In this document: piece by piece, positions 56,288 to 64,000 of the stretch
How the letters are laid out: every line of letters begins with the position of its first letter
How positions within the stretch are numbered: the stretch's first letter is position 1
Origin: Octopus vulgaris
Lineage: Eukaryota
Direction: 5' to 3'
Assembly: GCA_951406725.2 (NCBI GenBank)
Contig: OX597825.1
Span: 72,044,001 to 72,108,000 of the forward strand
Length of the DNA: 64,000 bases
Notes under the pieces: generated by a model
Database searches by the model: none
Told to the model about the DNA's origin: nothing
Seen by the model: the letters and a program-made list of their open reading frames with translations, nothing else
Position numbers and translations under genes: made by a program

Positions 56288-56419
56288 AGTATATATAAGT
56301 ATATATATTTATATTATAATATAATATAAAATGATATATAGGGAATGATGAGACAAGTTAAGACATATGGAAACATTCTATCCGTGATTAGTTTTAGTTC
56401 AACCCCAAATTTTAAAACA

Positions 56420-56632
56420 TTATTACACACAATGCAAAACTACAACACGAAGCCGGCTGTTCCTGCAAGGATAAAGACCCGTGCCCGCTAAATGCACCCT
56501 GTATGACCGAGGCTATTATTTATGAAGCCACCGTAAATTCTACGAACGCTCATAATACTGTTTTGTCAAAGAGATATGTGGGTCTCACGGAGGGAAATTT
56601 TAAAGCAAGGTTCAACAATCAAACCTTAAGCT
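56420..56632 (+). mobile_element. Penelope-like GIY-YIG endonuclease N-terminal fragment
   Basis: CSCKDKDPCPLNAPCMTEAIIYEATV...KRYVGLTEGNFKARFNNQ. Confidence 0.8.
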
Positions 56633-57208
56633 TAATGCCTGTTACGGTTTTGGGCCTCCCAACAACACAGATACAATGTTTCCATATATCTTAACATTTT
56701 TGCGCAGAAAGGTAGTGTAACAATAATAAATACATGTTATGACGAAAGTGCGGATAATTTTTGACTTCGCTTCGTATATACACACACATACACACACGAT
56801 AGCTGATTTCCGAAGCTTAAAATTCTGATTGCTACTTGTTTATAAGCTAATGGGCATGACTTAGCATCCAGTAGCAACGCCTTGGTTCGGGAATTCCGGG
56901 CTTTTGAGAAGTGTAGAACTATATTTTAACTACTGCTGTTCCCAGATCTACTCCGATCCAGAATAGTAACAGCTAGCAGGATCCCATCAATGGATTAATT
57001 AACATGTGAAATTAGCATCAACTGTGAATATGGAAATAAATAGGCCTAGTAACCGGTAACCAGTTGATCCAGGGTTATGTTGAAATCATGGGGTTCAGTA
57101 CAGTGGATATGAACTATATTGATAGATGAACCGATTGAGTCAATGGTGGATATCACTAGATACTGAGCGAATGAATAGTCCACAAACTGTCAACGGCCAT
57201 GATTAACT

Positions 57209-57553
57209 TTGGAATTGGAAGCACTCCGTCGGTTACGACGACGAGGGTTCCGGTTGATCCGAATCAACGGAACAGCCTGTTCGTGAAATTAACGTGTAAG
57301 TGGCTGAGCACTCCACAGACACGTGTACCCTTAACGTAGTTCTCGGAGATATTCAGCGTGACACAGAGAGTGACAAGGCCGGCCCTTTGAAATACAGGTG
57401 CAACAGAAACAGGAAGTAAGAGTGAGAGAAAGTTGTGGGGAAAGAGTACAGCAGGGATCACCACCATCCCCTGCCGGAGCCTCGTGGGAATCGAAACCGC
57501 GATCCTATGACCGCGAGTCCGCTGCCCTAACCACTGGGCCATTGCGCCTCCAC
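57209..57553 (-). mobile_element. SINE-C with tail a and an 11-bp TSD
   Basis: TSD catgattaact at 57198-57208 and 57555-57565; (TTCCAA)2 tail. Confidence 0.9.
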
Positions 57554-57689
57554 TCATGATTAACTAGTGTCGCCTGTAGTATGGTGTGCGCAGATACTAC
57601 ATTCAGTTCTAGAAAGGCCAATATAACTTATTGGTCATAGCAAGTTGCTGGATTAAATGACGATGATGATGAATAAACAAATCCATCAA

Positions 57690-57984
57690 TCTTTATCTTT
57701 TATCTTTTACTTGCTTCAGTCATTAGATAACGGTAATGCTGGGGCACCGCCTTGAAGCATTTTTAGTCAAATGTATCGACCACAGTGCTTATTTTTTAAA
57801 GTCTGGCACTTATTCTATCGGTCTCTTATGCCGAACCGCTAAGTTACGGTCACGTAAATATACCAGCACCGTTTCTCAATCGATAATAGGGAGACAAACA
57901 GACACAAAGAGACACACACAAATACACATACATACATACATACATACATATATACATACATACATACATACATACATACATACA

Positions 57985-58017
<33 letters not shown>

Positions 58018-58316
58018 GTATACGTATATGTATATATGTATGTATCTATATATCTATATCTATGTATATTTAAATAAAAAGAGTGAAAAATTGAATATTA
58101 ATTTGATTATTATCGATTTTAAACCAGTGGCCTAGCATATCGAAAAATCTGAAGATTCAGAAAAATTATATTACATACATATAAGAGGGATGATCACTAA
58201 GTGGACATCCATTATGCTAGAGTAGTCCCCATATGGTCTGACCACTAAGAAAGGATTGAGAACAATCTTTTCTTAGAGGTCAGACCATATGGGGACCACT
58301 TAGTGGTCATCCCTGT

Positions 58317-58348
<32 letters not shown>

Positions 58349-58374
58349 TGTATGTATGTATGTATGTATGTATG

Positions 58375-58458
<84 letters not shown>

Positions 58459-58629
58459 AACATATATACGACAGGATTCTTTCAGTTTCCGTCTACCAAA
58501 TCCACCCACAAGGTTTTGGTTGGCCTGATGCTATGGTAAGAGACACCCAAAGTGCCATGCAGTGGCACTGAACACAGAACCATGTGGTTGGGAAGCAAGC
58601 TTCTTATCAGAAGCTTCTTATCTGCGCCT
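57690..58629 (-). mobile_element. Diverged SINE-A split by an insertion in its microsatellite
   Basis: 3' half 57690-57920, 5' half 58465-58629. Confidence 0.75.
58172..58328. repeat. Long hairpin (inverted repeat) in a Penelope-like terminal fragment
   Basis: Inner 34-bp stem 58225-58258/58263-58296 plus an outer stem of about 32 bp; about 21-nt bulge. Confidence 0.9.
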
Positions 58630-58983
58630 ATCAATAGTTATATAACCAGTAGACTAAACAATTGATCTGGTAGAACAAACGTTTTTCGCGGTACATATGA
58701 ACTTTATGTTTACATGTTGGAATAGTTACTGAATAGCTTATCAATACATAGAATTATATTTTATAACATCTAAATTGACTGACCGAGGGACCAGGTGATG
58801 ATAAAGAACATACACCACACACACATACACACACGCATACACACACACAACATACAGATACACATACTAGAGGCAAGTAAAAACTAGAACAAGGATTAGT
58901 TATTGGACAAAGTACGGAAAAAATGCGGACAGGAAGAGTGTATACGTAAAAAAATCATTTATATGTAGATAATCATTTATCTG

Positions 58984-59268
58984 TGGAGGCGCAATGGCCC
59001 AATGGTTAGGGCAGCGAACTCGCGGTCGGAGGATCACGGTTGTGTGTGTTTATTGAGCGAAAACACCTAAAAGCTTCACGAGGCTCCGGCAGGGGGTGGT
59101 GGCGACCCTTGCTGTACTCTTTCGCCACAACTTTCTCTCACTCTTTCTTCCTGTTTCTTGAGTGACGCTGCGATGGACTGGCGTCCTGTCCAGCTGGGGG
59201 GAACACATACGCCACAGAAACCGGGAAACCGGGCCCACGAGACTGGCTAGGCTGGAAAAGGGCGCATA
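58984..59268 (+). mobile_element. SINE-C with tail c
   Basis: ggaggcgcaatggcccaatggttagggcagcg...gatggactggcgtcctgtccag...gaaaccgggaaaccggg. Confidence 0.85.
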
Positions 59269-59326
59269 AATAAAAAAATCATTTATCTATAACTAAGGCG
59301 ATTATTCAGAAATCTGAGATACAGTC

Positions 59327-59363
<37 letters not shown>

Positions 59364-59392
59364 TGTCTGTCAATTTGCCTATCTATCCATCC

Positions 59393-59444
<52 letters not shown>

Positions 59445-59580
59445 GCATATATGCATATATATTGTGTGTGTGTGCGCACGCGCAGGTGCGTTCCTGTTTG
59501 TGTGATGATGTATGCATGTATTTATGTGCACTTGCATGAAGGCAGAAAATGCATATGGGCATATTGATAATCTCTATATG

Positions 59581-61507
59581 CAAGGTGCGAAGGGTTAATC
59601 GACGCCCTTTTATATTTTTCTTTCGCGCATGCGCATTACTTATTTTTGATTTTGTCGACTACACGGTATAGTGGTGATGGAAGCACTCCGTCGGTTACGA
59701 CGATGAGGGTTCCGGTTGATCCGAATCAACGGAACAGCCTGCTCGTAAAATTAACGTGTAAGTGGCTGAGCACTCCACAGACACGTGCGCCCTTAACGTA
59801 GTTCTCGGGGATACTCAGCGTGACACAGAGAGTGGCAAGGCCGGCCCCTTGAAATACAGGTACAACAGAAACAGGAAGTAAGAGTGAGAGAAAGTTGTGG
59901 GGAAAGAGTACAGCAGGGATCACCACCATCCCCTGCCGGAGCCTCGTGGGAATCGAAACCGCGATCCTATGACCGCGAGTCCGCTGCCCTAACCACTGGG
60001 CCATTGCGCCTCCACTCATGATTAACTAGTGTCGCCTGTAGTATGGTGTGCGCAGATACTACATTCAGTTCTAGAAAGGCCAATATAACTTATTGGTCAT
60101 AGCAAGTTGCTGGATTAAATGACGATGATGATGAATAAACAAATCCATCAATCTTTATCTTTTATCTTTTACTTGCTTCAGTCATTAGATAACGGTAATG
60201 CTGGGGCACCGCCTTGAAGCATTTTTAGTCAAATGTATCGACCACAGTGCTTATTTTTTAAAGTTAATCGACGCCCTTTTATATTTTTCTTTCGCGCATG
60301 CGCATGACTTATTTTTGATTTTGTCGACTACACGGTATAGTAGGGTCTGTGAGAAAAGCAGTACCATGACGTACTTCACTCTGCTAGAAATTTGGAAACG
60401 ACATGCTGTATTGCTTGGAATTCGTGCCGGAAGCTCAATACGAACAGATGGTGAACACACAGCATAACCGTTGGCTTTCCGTGTCCCCAAAACATGTACC
60501 GAGAGTAATAAAAAACCCAACATCCACTCAATATTATGATGTTTGGTTTGATAACTAGTGATGGCGACGTTAAACCTCCATTCATCTTTCCACACGGCCT
60601 CAAACTCAAAACAGAACAAGGATTAGTCATTGGACAAAGTACGGAAAAAATGCGGACAGGAAGAGTGTATACGTAAAAAAATCATTTATATGTAGATAAT
60701 CATTTATCTGTGGAGGCGCGATGGACCAATGGTTTAGGCAGCGGACTCGCGGTCGGAGGATCACGGTTTCGTTTCCCACACCAGGAGTTGCGTGTGTTTA
60801 TTGAGCGAAAACACCTAAAAGCTCCACGTGGCTCCGGCAGGGGGTGGTGGCGACCCTTGTTGTACTCTTTCGTCCCAACTTCAAGTGCCTGCAGGAGGTA
60901 GTGCTGCCCTGGGTGAAGAGGGTGGCAGCTGGAAAACCCTATGTCTGGCAACAGGACTCTGCACCATGTCGCACAAGCAGAAAACCTATTCATGACTGTC
61001 AGACAATTTCTGCGGCTACATCACCCCTAACGTCTGGCCACTTAACTCACCGACCTGCACCTCACTATATTATTATGTGTGGGGCGCAGTTGAGCAAGAG
61101 ACCAACAAAACTCCTTGTAACACCAAAGATGACCGGAAGGCAAGGATTATGGTAGCATTTACCAACTTAAACAAAGTATTAATTGATAATTTTTTTTTTA
61201 CCATTATGGGTTATTTTACGCATGCTAAGCCACTGATATTATAAATGATAATATTCTCATAAACGTCTAAATCATATTTGTTCAGTTCGATCACCTTTTT
61301 AAATTTGCCGTCCAGAAGAGATAACGGAGATTCCGAAGTCGTCCGGAGGCCAGTGTAGAAGTCAATGGTGATTTTACTTAATCGTTTTACTCTTTAGCAT
61401 TTCAAGATATTTTAATATAATTTTGGTAAGCATATCTGTTAAAATGAGATGTCAGTGTTATTTTCATTTTTGCGTAATTTAGACAACAATATATTCACCG
61501 CACTCTG
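59581..61507 (+). mobile_element. Decayed maT/DD37D Tc1-mariner transposon carrying two locally copied insertions
   Basis: MVNTQHNRWL...IMMFGLITSDGDVKPPFIFPHGLKL | KCLQEVVLPWVKRVAAGKPYVWQQDSAPC...WPLNSP...YYYVWG; degenerate TIRs caaggtgcg / cgcactctg. Confidence 0.8.
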
Positions 61508-61511
61508 TGTA

Positions 61512-61656
<145 letters not shown>

Positions 61657-61670
61657 GTTTATCTATCTAC

Positions 61671-61720
<50 letters not shown>

Positions 61721-61725
61721 GTCTG

Positions 61726-61827
<102 letters not shown>

Positions 61828-61859
61828 TATGTATATGTATGTCTGTATGTATGTGTGTA

Positions 61860-61894
<35 letters not shown>

Positions 61895-62534
61895 AATATT
61901 CATACATACATATATATATGTATTTATATATATTACATCAATATGTACATACACATATATGCAGATGCACGTGTTCCTCTGTACGGTAGAGAGGTCGTAT
62001 GTATGTGTGAACGTGCGTTTATGTCTGGCTGTGTTTGGAGCGTGTGTGAGCGTGTCTGTGTTTGTGTTTGTGTGTATTCTCACCTGCCGTTGTTCATACA
62101 GATGTACTCAGACAAGTGTGTACACATGGAAATACCTATATATATATATATACGTACTAAGTCGTCGTTTAATCAATTGTCTAACGTAAGCAAATTGCAG
62201 TCCTATGTTAGACATATCAAGTGCAGCACTTCTATGGTTCGAGTGAGTTGTTAGTCGTAATACAAAGACTCGTCGGCAATGTATTCCAAACAGATTGCAT
62301 GTACAACGAATGCGCTGTGTTGCTGCTTACGGTTAAAATACGAATATCAATAATACCATCTGCTAAGTAATATTTACACGCATGTACACACACACACATA
62401 TACATAGATATACATACATACATATATATATATGTGTATATATATGTATATTTATAGATATGTGCATATATACCTATGCGCATATATGTGTGAGTGGTTG
62501 TGTGAGTATGTAAGTAAGCAAGTATAAACATGTG

Positions 62535-62573
<39 letters not shown>

Positions 62574-62629
62574 TGTATATATGCGTATATAGACATCTAT
62601 AAATAAATAGTCTCTTTTTCTCTATCCTC

Positions 62630-62716
<87 letters not shown>

Positions 62717-62723
62717 ATAAATA

Positions 62724-63116
62724 CACGCAGGAGTGGCTGTGTGGTAAGTAGCTTGCTAACCAACCACATGGTTCCGGGTTCAGTCCACTGCGTGGCATCT
62801 TGGGCAAGTGTCTTCTGCTATAGCCCCGGGCCGACCAATGCCTTGTGAGTGGATTTGGTAGACGGAAACTGAAAGAAGCCTGTCGTATATATGTATGTAT
62901 ATATATATATATGTATGTATGTGTGTGTGCGTTTGTGTGTCTGTGTTTGTCCCCCTAGCATCGCTTGTCAACCGATGCTGGTGTGTTTACGTCCCCGTCA
63001 CTTAGCGGTTCGGCAAAAAAGACCGATAGAATAAGTACTGGGCTTAGAAAGAATAAGTCCCGGGGTCGATTTGCTCGAGTAAAGGCGGTGCTCCAGCATG
63101 GCCGCAGTCAAATGAC
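62724..63116 (+). mobile_element. SINE-A near full length, young subfamily
   Basis: Homology to SINE-A; tail truncated at the CR1 fragment. Confidence 0.9.
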
Positions 63117-63830
63117 CATGTAACCACTCTCCAAGTTTTCCAGCCATGCAGAGATCACGCAGTTTGTGGAATATCGAACCATGATCCACTTTATCAAAAG
63201 CTTTTGCAAAGTCAAGGTATATTACGTCCATATTAATATATGTATATTTATACATACACAGCTATTACAGCATTTTGACTGGTTACAGAAACAACGGCTC
63301 AACCACTCAAATTGTGAATGTGATATATCTCGTCTTTATCAAAGCCTTCGACAAAATTAAGGAAAGATGATATGTTGTAGCATATCTGTGCGACATTGGT
63401 ATTGTTGAAAAGCTAGGGGTGTGGTAGCATGACATTTTTAAAGTTATAAGTCAGAAAGTCACAGCCAATAGTGCTCTCTTTCTCTCTGAGGAGGCATTAG
63501 TTGACAGCGGAAGACACCAGGGAGCTGTACTGGGATCACTACTGTTTGTAGTGGCTTAGTCATCGACCCGCACCAGCTATGCTGACGATACAAACGTATT
63601 GCAACTTGCCAATGGTCCTGATGACATCCTAAAACTGCAGAAAAACCTAAATGCAATATAGAAATTGTCTGATGAATATAACACACAGTTCAATACGGGA
63701 AAGTTTCAAGCCCTCTACAATAGGTCACAAAGTAGATCGCAATCGAAATATACAGGACTAGGAAGTAGTGCAATCCCAGAGTCAGAGTCGGTGCAGTCCA
63801 CATGAATAATGATGCATATTCCGTGAGCAT
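63117..63830. mobile_element. CR1 reverse transcriptase remnants in both orientations
   Basis: Minus 63117-63235 MDVIYLDFAKAFDKVDHG; plus 63255-63830 QLLQHFD...KAFDK...SYADDT...FNTGKFQAL. Confidence 0.8.
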
Positions 63831-64000
63831 ATTATTGATATGGTAACACAAAAATATCTAGTTGAAAGCTCGCGATCGACTATATTGAAGTGTCAAATAT
63901 CTAATAAGTGCGGATGCACAAGAAACAGACTGAAAGAGTGCTTGAAGTTTAGTGTTGACGAAAACCGAACGGACATTTTCTTTTCTACTCTAGGCACAAG

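Noticed and set aside
57480-57553. tRNA-Arg-like and other tRNA-like sequences
   Set aside because: They are SINE heads continuing into SINE bodies; no complete cloverleaf with terminator.
62184-62210. Small hairpin tgtctaacgta/tatgttagaca as a pre-miRNA
   Set aside because: An 11-bp stem is too short.

Overview
Eukaryotic, AT-rich, repeat-saturated non-genic DNA (intergenic or a very large intron). The SINE families and microsatellite load point to a coleoid cephalopod, most likely Octopus (inference). I find no intact host gene. Nearly all ORFs in the track are translations of microsatellites or SINEs. Content: about 30 copies or fragments of a tRNA-derived CORE-like SINE with an internal microsatellite (SINE-A), about 15 of a second SINE (SINE-B, sometimes with tandem bodies), tRNA-Arg-like SINEs with interchangeable tails (SINE-C/D), and decayed Penelope-like, R4/Dong-like, CR1, RTE, mariner, maT, MITE and Helitron elements. 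SINE-A to D are my working labels. The most notable signal is a set of sequence-diverse type I hammerhead ribozyme motifs. At least 3 have intact cores and cluster at 39.7-41.0 kb, and several core variants lie elsewhere. Many sit in short non-coding Penelope-like terminal units next to (TA)n tracts, some with long inverted repeats. All calls were made by eye and element ends are approximate.
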